Assembly (NCBI GenBank): GCA_021796455.1
Contig: JAKACA010000001.1
Span: 8,110-72,109 of the forward strand
Direction of reading: 5' to 3'
DNA: 64,000 nucleotides
Origin: Actinomycetes bacterium
Lineage (GTDB): Bacteria > Actinomycetota > Acidimicrobiia > Acidimicrobiales > Bog-793
The position numbers and the translations under genes are program-made. Positions 28,660 to 41,934 of this stretch are shown piece after piece. Below the pieces are notes generated by a model. The model saw nothing but the letters and a program-made list of their open reading frames with translations. It had not been told where the DNA came from and did no database searches. Each line of letters opens with the position of its first letter. The first letter of the stretch is position 1.

Positions 28660-29283
28660 TCACTTCTCAAGCGCCGCCTTGAAGAAGGCACGGAGGTGGT
28701 TGAGCCGCCGCTCGAGCTCTGCCGGAGCCATCGGGTCGCGCTCGAGCAGGGCCTCGAGAAAGGGAATGTCGGAGAAGTAGGTTGCCAGGGCCCCATAGCC
28801 AGTAAGAACCAGCTGTTCAGGGTCGTGCGCGCGGAAGCGACCGTCAGCGATCTGGCGCTCGAAGAAACCCACCGCGCGCTCGAGCATCGGCCGTACCGCG
28901 ACACCGAATTCGCCAGCCAGGCGATCGCCACCTTCGAGAGCTTCCCGGCGGACCAGGCGGACGAACTGCGGGTTCTCGGCAAAGAAGTGGAACCCCGCTG
29001 TTATCACACGGTCAACCTGCTCCCATCCGTCTCGCGGCAGGTCTGTCGCTTCGTTGACCCTTGTGAGCCAGTCCGCGAACGCCGCCTCCAGCACCTCTCT
29101 GTAGAGAGCGTCCTTCGAAGCAAAGTGGTGGAGAAGGCTCGGGCGCCGGATACCTACGGCCTCGGCGATGTCGTTCAGGGAAGTGCCGTCGTAGCCGTGC
29201 TCAGCGAAGCACTCCGTGGCTGCTCGTAAGATCGCATCGCGTGTGGAGCCGGGCGCGCTCGGCCGATCTTCGACGTCAGTCAC
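28660..29283 (-). CDS. TetR family transcriptional regulator
   Basis: Start trimmed to GTG 29283. The HTH is [48 protein letters not shown]. The track's 156-aa N-terminal extension overlaps the carrier-protein gene and is low-complexity. Confidence 0.88.
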   Translation of the reverse strand: MTDVEDRPSAPGSTRDAILRAATECFAEHGYDGTSLNDIAEAVGIRRPSLLHHFASKDALYREVLEAAFADWLTRVNEATDLPRDGWEQVDRVITAGFHFFAENPQFVRLVRREALEGGDRLAGEFGVAVRPMLERAVGFFERQIADGRFRAHDPEQLVLTGYGALATYFSDIPFLEALLERDPMAPAELERRLNHLRAFFKAALEK

Positions 29284-29503
29284 TTTTGTGACGCTATCAG
29301 CAAGGCTAGTCGGCCCACCGGGGACGAGGCGGGCACAGTCCGCGGCGGGCGAGCACGTGAGGCGTCCGAGCGCGCTCAACTGAGGTGCCCTCGGGCCTCG
29401 CCGTCTCGGGACGCGCTCGTCGGGACGCTCTGGTACGGTCGCCTTCGAGCATGCGTGCCACAAGGGCGCGGGAACGTGAGCTGCCGACACATGGAGGGAC
29501 TCG
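29284..29503. promoter_or_regulatory. divergent TetR / carrier-protein control region with a 9-bp direct repeat
   Basis: TCGGGACGC occurs at 29406-29414 and 29420-29428 (14-bp spacing). A GGAGGG Shine-Dalgarno sits 6 nt before GTG 29504. An operator role is inferred only. Confidence 0.35.
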
Positions 29504-29767
29504 GTGTTTGACGACGACGAGGTGGTCGAGTTCCTAGTGGGGGTTACCGGCCTCGAGCGAGCGGACCTCGGGAGCAGCTTGTCCCTCCTCGATCTCGGTC
29601 TCAGCTCGTTTCGAGTGATGCAGACGCTCATGCAGATCGAGGAGACCTTCGGAATCGAGCTCTCCGACGAGGAAGTCGTCAGGTTTGCTTCGGCGCCGGC
29701 GGAGATCCTTGCTTCGCTCGTGGAAAAACGCGCCCGGGGCTCCAGCGCCACAGATCATGACCGATGA
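29504..29767 (+). CDS. stand-alone acyl/peptidyl carrier protein
   Basis: 87 aa. [33 protein letters not shown] has the carrier-protein helix II context, with Ser at the phosphopantetheine position. Confidence 0.75.
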   Translation: MFDDDEVVEFLVGVTGLERADLGSSLSLLDLGLSSFRVMQTLMQIEETFGIELSDEEVVRFASAPAEILASLVEKRARGSSATDHDR

Positions 29768-31280
29768 CACGCTGGACCTGCTGGGACTGATTGGCCGCCA
29801 CGCGGCTTCGAACCCGGGCCGCGAGGCAGTCACAGATTTGAACCGCAGGCTCACCTATGGAGAGCTTCACAGCGAGGTGCGAGCAGTCGCCGGCCACCTC
29901 TGCGACGCCGGAGTCGAAGAGGGCGACCGTGTCGCGCTCGGCATGGGCAACTCCGTGGATTTCGTCGTCGCGGCTCTTGCGTGCGCGTGGGTGGGCGCGA
30001 TCTTTGTGCCCATCGCGAGCGGCGATCCCCCGGCGCGCCTGAGGCTTGTTCTCGAAAGCTGCGAGCCGCGCGCGGTGCTGTCACCACCGGACGTCTTAGG
30101 TCCCGGCGCCTTCCTCCGGATCACCATGGACGACGCCAGGCGGTCCAGCCGCCCATGCCCGCCGCCGCTGCCCGCGCGGGACCGACCGGCGTACTGCATC
30201 TACACCTCGGGCACCACGGGGTCGCCGAAAGGCGTCGTCACCGGCCAGGCGGCCTTTGCCGCGGCGACATCGCTCGTGATCGACGCGATGGGCATCCATG
30301 AGGCGACGCGCGCTCTTTGTGTCTCGCCTGTCCATTTCGTCGGGTCATTTGCCACTGTCTTCCCGATCATCGCCGCAGGTGGGACGCTCGTCATACCACC
30401 GAGGGATCAGCTCTTTTTGCCGCGGATGTTCTTTCGCGTCCTTGCCAGCGAGGAGATCACCCACACCAGCTTTTCTCCGACCTACCTGCGACTGCTGCTC
30501 GGGAGCGCGCAAGTCGAGCAGCTGGCTGCGAGCTCGCTCGTCACGATGGGTCTCGGCGGGGAGAGCCTCACGGTCGGGGACCTGCGCTCGCTCTTTCGCG
30601 CCGCGCCGGATCTCGCTGTGTTCAACCGCTATGGACAGACGGAGACGACCGGTATCGTCACCGCATGGCCGGTGCACCCCGAGAGCCTTTCGGGCAACGG
30701 CAGCGTGCCGATCGGGCGGCCCTCCAAGGGGAACTCCTTTCTCATCGTGGGCGACGATGGTTGTGTGATCGACGCGGCCGGTGAGGTGGGCGAGCTTTAC
30801 GTCGGTGGTCACCAGCTCATGGCCGGGTACTGGCGCGATCCTGAGCTCACGGCAGCCGTCCTTCGCGACGACGTCGTTGCTGGAGCGACCCTGTATAGAA
30901 CGGGCGACCTCGTATATCGCGATGATGCCGGCGTGTACTTTCTCGTCGGCCGCCGAGACCGGATGGTGAAAAGGTCCGGCGTCCGCATCTCCTTGTCGGA
31001 GGTGGCAGCCGCGCTGTGCGATCTCGAACCGGTCTCGGCCGCTGTGTGCACCCCATATGACGACGACGGCCAGCTCGCGATCGCGGCGTTCGTGACGACG
31101 CGTGGACACGCAAGCGGTCGCGACATCCGCCTGGCAGCTTCAGCGGTGCTGCCGGCGACTATGCTCCCCGATCGCGTGGAGATCGTGGACGTTTTGCCGA
31201 TGACCTCGGGAAGCAAGGTCGACGAGCGGGTCCTGCTGGCTGGTGCCGGCCTCACGCTTGCCCGCGAGGTAGTCACCTGA
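29757..31280 (+). CDS. stand-alone NRPS-type adenylation enzyme (AMP-binding)
   Basis: Core motifs LTYGEL, YCIYTSGTTGSPKGV, NRYGQTETT, GELYVGGHQLMAGYW, YRTGDL, GRRDRMVKRSGVRISLSEV and SGSKVDE. The start at ATG 29757 overlaps the carrier-protein gene by 11 nt. Confidence 0.88.
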   Translation: MTDDTLDLLGLIGRHAASNPGREAVTDLNRRLTYGELHSEVRAVAGHLCDAGVEEGDRVALGMGNSVDFVVAALACAWVGAIFVPIASGDPPARLRLVLESCEPRAVLSPPDVLGPGAFLRITMDDARRSSRPCPPPLPARDRPAYCIYTSGTTGSPKGVVTGQAAFAAATSLVIDAMGIHEATRALCVSPVHFVGSFATVFPIIAAGGTLVIPPRDQLFLPRMFFRVLASEEITHTSFSPTYLRLLLGSAQVEQLAASSLVTMGLGGESLTVGDLRSLFRAAPDLAVFNRYGQTETTGIVTAWPVHPESLSGNGSVPIGRPSKGNSFLIVGDDGCVIDAAGEVGELYVGGHQLMAGYWRDPELTAAVLRDDVVAGATLYRTGDLVYRDDAGVYFLVGRRDRMVKRSGVRISLSEVAAALCDLEPVSAAVCTPYDDDGQLAIAAFVTTRGHASGRDIRLAASAVLPATMLPDRVEIVDVLPMTSGSKVDERVLLAGAGLTLAREVVT

Positions 31281-31295
31281 GGTCACCTGCCAGTT

Positions 31296-32447
31296 GTGCT
31301 TGGCACGGCCGTGGTTCGTGTGGAGGTAGTCATCACAGGACTTGAGTGGCGTGACGCCGCGAGCGACGGAGCACCCCAGCGCCGGTTCTTCCAGAGCGGC
31401 CCGGCGGTGCGTCTGCATGCAAACGAGCACCCCTACCCGCCTCCCCCGGAGGTGCTCTCGGCAATCGCCGAGTGGTCGTTCGAGGCTAACTGCTACCCGT
31501 TCGGTAACGAGGACCCGCTCGTGCGCATGATCGCCGAGAGGGCCGAGGTCCGGCCCGATCAGATCCTGCTCGCGGCAGGATCGAACGAGCTTCTCTACCG
31601 GGCGATCGCGTCTCTTGGGGGGCCGCGCGCCGAGGTCGTCATCCCTTCGCCGTCGTATCCGACTTTCGCCGCCGCGCCAGGCGCGTCCTCCGCGCGGGTC
31701 GTACCAGTGCCCCTGCTCAGCACCGGAGCGTGCGACGCGGACGGACTCTTGTCAGCCGTCACCGAGCGCACAACCTGTGTCGTCGTCTGCAACCCCAACA
31801 ATCCCACCGGCGCGGCGATGCCCTCGGGTGCGCTCGAGGGCCTCGTGAGGGATTTGCCAGCGAGCGTCCTTGTAATCGTGGACGAGGCCTACTACGAGTA
31901 CACCGAGGCGTTCGCTTGCCGCGCTCGGGGTGCGCTCGACCTCTTCTCGTCGGGCCGCTCAATTCTGGTCACCCGGACCTTCTCGAAGTTCTTCGCTCTG
32001 GCCGGCGTCCGGCTCGGCTACGGCATCGTGCCGAGCGCGGATCTGGCCGCCGATCTTCGAGCCCACATCGGTCCCAACGCAGTGAGCGCCCTTGCCCTTC
32101 GAGCCGGGCAGGCGGCTCTCCGGGCCGAGCAGATCTATCTCGAGCGTCTGCGCGAGCAGAAGCAGGAGCGGCTCCGCCTTTGGCAGGGCCTTGCAGAGCT
32201 GGGATTGAAGCCCATGCCGACGGAGACGAACTTCGTGTGCTGCGAAGAACCCGACCCCGAGACTTCCTCCTGGCTGGCCTCAAAAGGCGTCAACGTGAGA
32301 AGCGGCGACTCGATAAGCGCTCCAGGGCACCTCCGGATCACTGTCGGCAGCCCGGAGAGCAACGAGCAGGTCATCGCGCTGCTGGCCGAGCGCGTCGTTG
32401 GGCAAAGCGCCACCAAGCGCGAGTCTCGGCATCGAGAGCCGGATTAG
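31296..32447 (+). CDS. class II PLP aminotransferase (histidinol-phosphate aminotransferase-like)
   Basis: LHANEHPYPPPPEV, VVCNPNNPTG and TRTFSKFFALAGVRLGYG (Schiff-base Lys). 383 aa. Confidence 0.85.
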   Translation: MLGTAVVRVEVVITGLEWRDAASDGAPQRRFFQSGPAVRLHANEHPYPPPPEVLSAIAEWSFEANCYPFGNEDPLVRMIAERAEVRPDQILLAAGSNELLYRAIASLGGPRAEVVIPSPSYPTFAAAPGASSARVVPVPLLSTGACDADGLLSAVTERTTCVVVCNPNNPTGAAMPSGALEGLVRDLPASVLVIVDEAYYEYTEAFACRARGALDLFSSGRSILVTRTFSKFFALAGVRLGYGIVPSADLAADLRAHIGPNAVSALALRAGQAALRAEQIYLERLREQKQERLRLWQGLAELGLKPMPTETNFVCCEEPDPETSSWLASKGVNVRSGDSISAPGHLRITVGSPESNEQVIALLAERVVGQSATKRESRHREPD

Positions 32448-32457
32448 GCTCGATCCC

Positions 32458-34503
32458 GTGCCCAGCGCCCCTAGTGCCAATTCCCCTAGTGCCAATTCCC
32501 CTAGTGCCAGTGCCCCTGGTGACAGCGACATCGAGCAGCGCGGCATAAATGTCGTTCGTGGCTTTGCCATGGACGCCCCGCAGCGAGCGAGCTCCGGCCA
32601 CCCCGGCACGGCGATGGCCCTCGCGCCGCTTGCCCACGTGCTTTTCACCCGCGTGATGAGCTATGACGCGGGCGCTCCCCTCTGGGCCGATCGTGATCGC
32701 TTCGTGCTGTCCAACGGCCACGCGTCGATACTCCAGTACTCGATGCTCTACCTGACGGGCTACGGCCTCACACTCGATGATCTCCGAGAGTTCAGGCAGT
32801 TCGGGTCCCGCACTCCTGGCCATCCCGAGGTCCACCACAGCGAGGGGATCGAGGTGACGACGGGACCACTTGGGCAGGGTTTCGCTCAGGGGGTCGGCCT
32901 CGGCATCGCGGAACGGTACCTGCGTCATCGCTTCGGTCCAGGCATCTGCGATCACCATACATTCGTCCTGTGTGGCGACGGTGACCTCATGGAGGGAGTG
33001 AGCCACGAGGCGGCCTCTCTTGCCGGGCACCTCGGCCTTGGGCGGCTCGTCTATGTGTTCGACGACAACCACATCACGATCGATGGCGCCACCGAGCTCG
33101 CAACCAACGACGACGTCGGCGCGAGGTTCGAAGCCTACGGCTGGCATGTTGTGCACCTCGGCGAGGCGGCCAACGACCTCGACGCCATCGAGTCGGGCCT
33201 GCGCGAGGGGATGGCAGAGGCCGACCGGCCGAGTCTTGTCATCCTGAGGAGCCATATCGGCTGGCCATCTCCCCACCGCACGGACACCAAGGAGGCCCAT
33301 GGCGATCCGCTCGGGGCCGAGGAGATCCGTGAGACCAAGGCAGTGCTCGGTCTGCCTGTCGACGCGGACTTCTACTCTCCCGACGATGTCGTCGAGTACT
33401 ACCGGAGGGCGGGTCGCCGCGGAGCCAGCACGCGCGCAGAGTGGGAGCGGCGCCTGTCACGCCTCGACGTCACCGAGCGGGCAGCCTATGACTTGTGCAT
33501 GAAGGGGGGCGGTGCAGCTGGGTGGGCCGCAGGTCTGCCGACCTTCGACGCAGGGACGAAGATGGCGACACGCAGGGCCGTCAACGTCTGCCTGAACGCG
33601 ACCGCCGACTCCCTGCCCGGTCTTGTCGCGGGCTCAGCCGACCTCACGGGCAACACCGGCGTCCATTTGAGCGCGGGTGAGGTGCAGGACCGCTCCCACC
33701 AAGGGGGCAATCAGGTGCATTTCGGCATCCGCGAGTTCGCCATGGCGGCGGTGATGAACGGGATGGCGCTCCACGGCGGCACGCTGCCTGTGGGTGGGAC
33801 ATTCTTCGTCTTCAGTGACTACGCACGGCCGGCTATCCGCCTCGCCGCCCTGTCGCGCGCGCACGTCATCTACTTCTTCACTCACGACTCGATTGGGCTC
33901 GGAGAAGATGGTCCGACGCACCAGCCGATCGAGCATCTCGCGTCGTTGCGCGCGATGCCCGGACTCAGGCTCTTGCGACCAGCAGACGCGAACGAGTGTG
34001 CCGCTGCCTGGCAGATCGCAGTCGAATCCGATGGCCCGACCGCGATAGTGCTGAGCCGGCAGGACCTGCCGGTCCTGGAGGGCACGGCCGAGAGGAGCCG
34101 TGGTGGAGTCGCCCGCGGTGCGTACGTTCTGTCGGATCCGCGCGACGGCTCGGAGCCTGACATCGTGCTCCTCGGTACCGGCAGCGAGGTGCAGCACTGT
34201 GTGGCCGCGTCCGCCGCGCTCGCGTCCGAGGGCGTCGGGGCGCAGGTCGTATCCTTCCCGTCGTGGGACCTCTTCGAGAGCCAGGACGCCGCCTACCGAG
34301 CCACTGTTCTCCCACCAGGCACGCCGTGCCTCGCAGTTGAGGCTGGGGCTTCTCTCGGATGGGACAGGTACGCTCAGGCAACGGTGACTATCGATCGCTT
34401 CGGAGCCTCGGCTCCGGGTGCGACGAACATGGAGAAGTTCGGTTTCACGGGCGCGAACGTCGCCGACAAGGCACGTGAGCTCCTCGCAGCGAGACGAGTC
34501 TAG
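32458..34503 (+). CDS. tkt: transketolase
   Basis: SSGHPGTAMALAPLAHVLF, the TPP motif CGDGDLMEGVSHEA, and GEDGPTHQPIEHLASLR. Start placed at GTG 32458, the first in-frame start after the upstream stop. The N-terminus then contains the PSANS repeats. Confidence 0.93.
   Translation: MPSAPSANSPSANSPSASAPGDSDIEQRGINVVRGFAMDAPQRASSGHPGTAMALAPLAHVLFTRVMSYDAGAPLWADRDRFVLSNGHASILQYSMLYLTGYGLTLDDLREFRQFGSRTPGHPEVHHSEGIEVTTGPLGQGFAQGVGLGIAERYLRHRFGPGICDHHTFVLCGDGDLMEGVSHEAASLAGHLGLGRLVYVFDDNHITIDGATELATNDDVGARFEAYGWHVVHLGEAANDLDAIESGLREGMAEADRPSLVILRSHIGWPSPHRTDTKEAHGDPLGAEEIRETKAVLGLPVDADFYSPDDVVEYYRRAGRRGASTRAEWERRLSRLDVTERAAYDLCMKGGGAAGWAAGLPTFDAGTKMATRRAVNVCLNATADSLPGLVAGSADLTGNTGVHLSAGEVQDRSHQGGNQVHFGIREFAMAAVMNGMALHGGTLPVGGTFFVFSDYARPAIRLAALSRAHVIYFFTHDSIGLGEDGPTHQPIEHLASLRAMPGLRLLRPADANECAAAWQIAVESDGPTAIVLSRQDLPVLEGTAERSRGGVARGAYVLSDPRDGSEPDIVLLGTGSEVQHCVAASAALASEGVGAQVVSFPSWDLFESQDAAYRATVLPPGTPCLAVEAGASLGWDRYAQATVTIDRFGASAPGATNMEKFGFTGANVADKARELLAARRV
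32468..32527. repeat. 15-bp tandem repeat CCCCTAGTGCCAATT (2 perfect + 2 decaying copies)
   Basis: Read directly. Perfect copies lie at 32468-32482 and 32483-32497. Variants follow: CCCCTAGTGCCAGTG, then CCCCTGGTGACAGCG. In the tkt frame they encode PSANS-PSANS-PSASA-PGDSD. Confidence 0.95.
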
Positions 34504-34584
34504 AACCCTGAGCCACAGATCGCGGCGAGCCTTTGACCTTCTGCTCGAGCGCTCGCGGCGAACCAAGACACCCGAGGAGGCACC

Positions 34585-35718
34585 GTGACCAAGCTGCACG
34601 ATCTGTACACCAAAGGTGGCCAGAGCCCATGGATCGATAATCTGAAACGGTCCTATCTCACCTCGGGGCACCTCGCGGAGCTGATCGGACAAGGGGTGAG
34701 GGGTCTCACTTCGAATCCTACGATCATGGCCAAGGCGATCGAAGGCGGTGCCGAGTACGACCGGCAGTTCGAGGAGTCGATGACGCGGCACAACGACGTG
34801 AACGGCGCGTACTGGGATCTCGTTGTAACAGATGTCGTCGATGCGCTGGAGATGTTCTCCGCGCTCTACGAGGCCAGTGACAGGGGCGATGGCTTCGTGT
34901 CGATCGAGGTGGCACCTGGACTCGCGCGAGACACCGCCGGGACGATCTCAGCCGCGCGCGAGCTTCACCAGCGCATCGCGAGGCCGAACGTCCTTGTGAA
35001 GATCCCGGCCACGGCCGAGGGTCTTCCTGCGATCCGGCAGATGATCAGCGAGGGTCGGAGCATCAACGTGACGCTGATCTTCTCGATCGAGCGTTACGAG
35101 GAGGTAATCGAGGCATACCAGTCCGGGCTCGAGGAGCTGGTGGCCGCGGGAGGAGACCCCGCCTTGGTCGCGTCGGTCGCCTCTTTCTTCGTCAGCCGGG
35201 TGGACACCGAGACAGATCGCCGTCTCGAGGCGGTCGCGGCCCTACGCGCTCGCTCGCGGGTCGCGGACAAGGCGCTCGCGCTCCGTGGCAAGGCTGCAGT
35301 CGCCCAGGCGCGACTGGCCTATGAGACCTTCGAGCGGCTCTTCAGCGGGCAGCGCTGGGAGCAGCTGGCAGGAAGGGGTGCACGGCCACAACGGCCCCTT
35401 TGGGCATCGACCTCCACGAAGAACCCCAAATATCCGGACCTCGCATATGTGGACACCCTTGTGGCCCCCCATACGGTGAACACCATGCCGGAGGAGACGC
35501 TCGAGTGCGTGCTCGACCACGGCAAGGTGTCTGTCATGGGCGGTGCTGAACTGGACGATGCGAAGGGGGTCCTTTACGACCTCGCCGATGTCGGGGTAGA
35601 TCTGGAGGATGTGGCCCGCCTCCTCGAAGAGGAAGGCGTCGCCTCGTTCGCGAAGTCATTCGACGGCCTCATCGAGAAGTTGACGGACAAGGCCGCCAAC
35701 CTTGCCGGGCACTCCTGA
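34585..35718 (+). CDS. tal: transaldolase (long actinobacterial type)
   Basis: GAGGAGG lies 4 nt before GTG 34585. Motifs GQSPWIDNLKR and the active-site context NVLVKIPAT. 377 aa. Confidence 0.93.
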   Translation: MTKLHDLYTKGGQSPWIDNLKRSYLTSGHLAELIGQGVRGLTSNPTIMAKAIEGGAEYDRQFEESMTRHNDVNGAYWDLVVTDVVDALEMFSALYEASDRGDGFVSIEVAPGLARDTAGTISAARELHQRIARPNVLVKIPATAEGLPAIRQMISEGRSINVTLIFSIERYEEVIEAYQSGLEELVAAGGDPALVASVASFFVSRVDTETDRRLEAVAALRARSRVADKALALRGKAAVAQARLAYETFERLFSGQRWEQLAGRGARPQRPLWASTSTKNPKYPDLAYVDTLVAPHTVNTMPEETLECVLDHGKVSVMGGAELDDAKGVLYDLADVGVDLEDVARLLEEEGVASFAKSFDGLIEKLTDKAANLAGHS

Positions 35719-35727
35719 GACGGGAGC

Positions 35728-36414
35728 GTGAGCAAGCTGCGCGAGCCTCCAAGCGGTGAGCTGCGCGAGGTTCGCGACGTTCCGGAAGCCTTCGCTGAGC
35801 TGGTCGCGACCGAGTTCCTGGCGGCAAGGACACGACGGGAGGGCCGTTTCTCCATGGCCGTCTCCGGCGGCGACACCGCGAGGGCGTGCTACGAGCGGCT
35901 TGCGATGGATTCCTCGATCGACTGGTCGTCTGTCGACTTGTTCCTCGGCGACGAGCGGTGTGTGCCCGCTGACGATGTCGCCGCTAACCAGAGACTGGTG
36001 CGCGAATCCCTTGTCGTGCCGACCGGCGGGGTCGCGCGCCTGACCCCGATGTGCTGCGATGACCCTGCTGCCTACGCCGCGACGATCGCTCGTCTCGGCG
36101 AGATAGATCTCGTCCATCTCGGTCTTGGGCCCGACGGTCACACGGCGTCGCTGTTCCCAGGGTCTGCCGCTCTCGAGGCCCCGGGCGAGGCACTCGTTCT
36201 GGCGTCAGAGGATCCGACGGGGCGCAACCCCTACCCACGGATGACCCTGACTCTTCCCGCGATCGCTCTCGGCCGCCTCGTGGTGTTCACGGTCGCGGGG
36301 CCAACCAAGCACGGCGCGCTCGAGCGCATTCTCGGGGGAGAAGATCTGCCGGCCGCTCGCGTCCGCGCCGCGCGCGTCATCTGGCTCTGCGACCGGGGAG
36401 CCATGCAAGGCTGA
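35728..36414 (+). CDS. pgl: 6-phosphogluconolactonase
   Basis: FSMAVSGGDTA and HLGLGPDGHTASLFPGS. 228 aa. Confidence 0.9.
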   Translation: MSKLREPPSGELREVRDVPEAFAELVATEFLAARTRREGRFSMAVSGGDTARACYERLAMDSSIDWSSVDLFLGDERCVPADDVAANQRLVRESLVVPTGGVARLTPMCCDDPAAYAATIARLGEIDLVHLGLGPDGHTASLFPGSAALEAPGEALVLASEDPTGRNPYPRMTLTLPAIALGRLVVFTVAGPTKHGALERILGGEDLPAARVRAARVIWLCDRGAMQG

Positions 36415-36505
36415 AGGCGCTCCGTGCGCTCCAGCTGAGGGGGGCTCGAGCGCGTGGCGGCCGGCTCCGCCACCTCACGCCGTTCTGCCAATAGCATTCG
36501 CCGCG

Positions 36506-38511
36506 GTGAACGACACGAAGCCCACCTCGCGCGATCCCGGCCCTGCGCGGCCCGATGTGGTGATCGAGGCAGTCGAACCACTCGTCGACTGTGGGCGCTT
36601 TCCGGCAAAGGCGGTCGTGGGAGACACCTTCGTCGTCACTGCCGATGTCTTCTGCCATGGGCACAGTCCTGTCCGGGCCCTCCTGCGACACCGGCGCGCA
36701 GGGTCCCGTAACTGGTCGGAGTCGCCCATGGACAGCCTCGGCAACGACGTGTTCACCGGCGTGCTCGTACCTACGGTCGCTGGCCCGCTCGAGGTCGAGG
36801 TCGCGGCTGAGATCGATGAGCTCGCGCGATGGCTGCGCGATGCACAGGCCCTGCTCGGTGCGGGAAGCTCGGACCAGCTTGACATCGATCGCTGCTCGCA
36901 GCTCGTGGCAGAGGCGGCAGGAAGCCTTGCGCGAGGACAAGGCGCCGAGGCGGCGCAGGCGGCTCGTGGTCTGCACGAGATCGCCGAGAAGATGAGAGCT
37001 GCCCCGTCCGCGCTCGTTTCGGCGGAGCTGGCTCTCGCCGGGACGGACCTGTGGGGAGCCGCCCTTTTCCGGCGTCCCATCAACGACGGGGCCACCGCGG
37101 CGAAATACAGGTTCCGGGTCGTCGCGGCCTCGCAGAGGGCCGCCTTTTCCACCTGGTACGAGCTCTTTCCCCGCTCCGCCAGCCCCGAAGAGCGCCGCCC
37201 GGGCACATTGGCGGACGTAACCGATCGGCTTGCCTATGTTGCCGAGCTTGGTTTCGACGTCCTCTACCTGCCGCCGATTCACCCGATAGGGGTGACTGCG
37301 AGGAAAGGGAGGGACAACACGAGCCCGGCTGGGCCGCTCGACGTGGGCAGCCCTTGGGCCATTGGTCACGCGGGCGGCGGGCATGAAGAGGTGGCTGCCG
37401 AGCTCGGAACCCTCGGCGACTTCGCCCGGCTCGTCACCGAGGCTTCGGCACGCGGGATCGACGTCGCGATGGACCTGGCGTTCCAGTGCTCGCCGGATCA
37501 TCCGTGGGTGACCGAGCATCCCGACTGGTTCCGTCACCGCAGTGACGGGACCATCGAATGTGCGGAGAACCCGCCAAAGCGCTACGAGGACATCTACCCG
37601 CTTGACTTCCAAACGCGCGATCGCGACGGTCTGTGGCGGGCGTTGCACCATGTCACCAAGACCTGGGCGGACCGCGGGATCAGGATATTTCGCGTGGACA
37701 ACCCCCACACGAAGCCATTCGCGTTCTGGGAGTGGCTGATCGCTGAGACCAAGCGCGAGTACCCCGACACGGTGTTCCTCTCGGAGGCGTTCACCCGCCC
37801 CAAGGTCATGCACCGCTTGGCCAAGGTTGGATTCGACCAGTCATACACCTACTTCACCTGGCGATACGCCAAGGCAGAGCTCACGGAGTATTTCGAGGAG
37901 CTAACAGGTAGTCCTGGGCGGGCATACTTCCGCCCCAACGTCTGGCCGAACACACCTGACATCCTTGCCGTCAGTCTCCAGCACGGCGGACGCGCCTCGT
38001 TCATTGCCCGGCTGGTCCTCGCGGGTGGGCTATGTGCCAATTACGGCATCTACGGACCGGTGTTCGAGCTCATGTGGGACAAGCCCGTTGTGGAGGGAAG
38101 CGAAGAGTACCTCCACTCCGAGAAGTACGAGGTCCATCACCACGATCTCGATGACCCAAAGAGCCTGCGGGACGTCATTGCCAGGTTGAACTTGGCTCGC
38201 CGCTCACATCGGGCCCTGCAACGGGACGGCGATCTTGCCTTCCTCGAGGTCGACAACGATCAGATCATCGCGTGGTGCAAGCAGGACAAGTCCAGCTCTG
38301 ACGTTGTGATCGGAGTCGTCAATCTCGATCCACACTGGGTGCAGTCAGGGTTCGTGGCCCTCGACCTCACAGCTCTCGGGCTTGGGGCGGGCTCCAGCGT
38401 CCCGCTTCGCGACATCCTCAGCGACACGTCCTACGTCTGGCAAGCGGGGCGCAACTACGTGCGGCTCGACCCGGCTGTCATACCTGCCCACCTCCTGGTA
38501 CTGGAAAGACC

Positions 38512-38515
<4 letters not shown>
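36506..38515 (+). CDS. glgE: alpha-1,4-glucan:maltose-1-phosphate maltosyltransferase
   Basis: N-terminal [36 protein letters not shown] plus the GH13 core ([19 protein letters not shown]). 669 aa. Confidence 0.92.

Positions 38516-41930
<3,415 letters not shown>

Positions 41931-41934
<4 letters not shown>

Noticed and set aside
29284-29751. 156-aa N-terminal extension of the TetR ORF (track ORF 28660..29751)
   Set aside because: The extension overlaps the carrier-protein gene in antisense and has no TetR-like sequence. The HTH begins right after GTG 29283.
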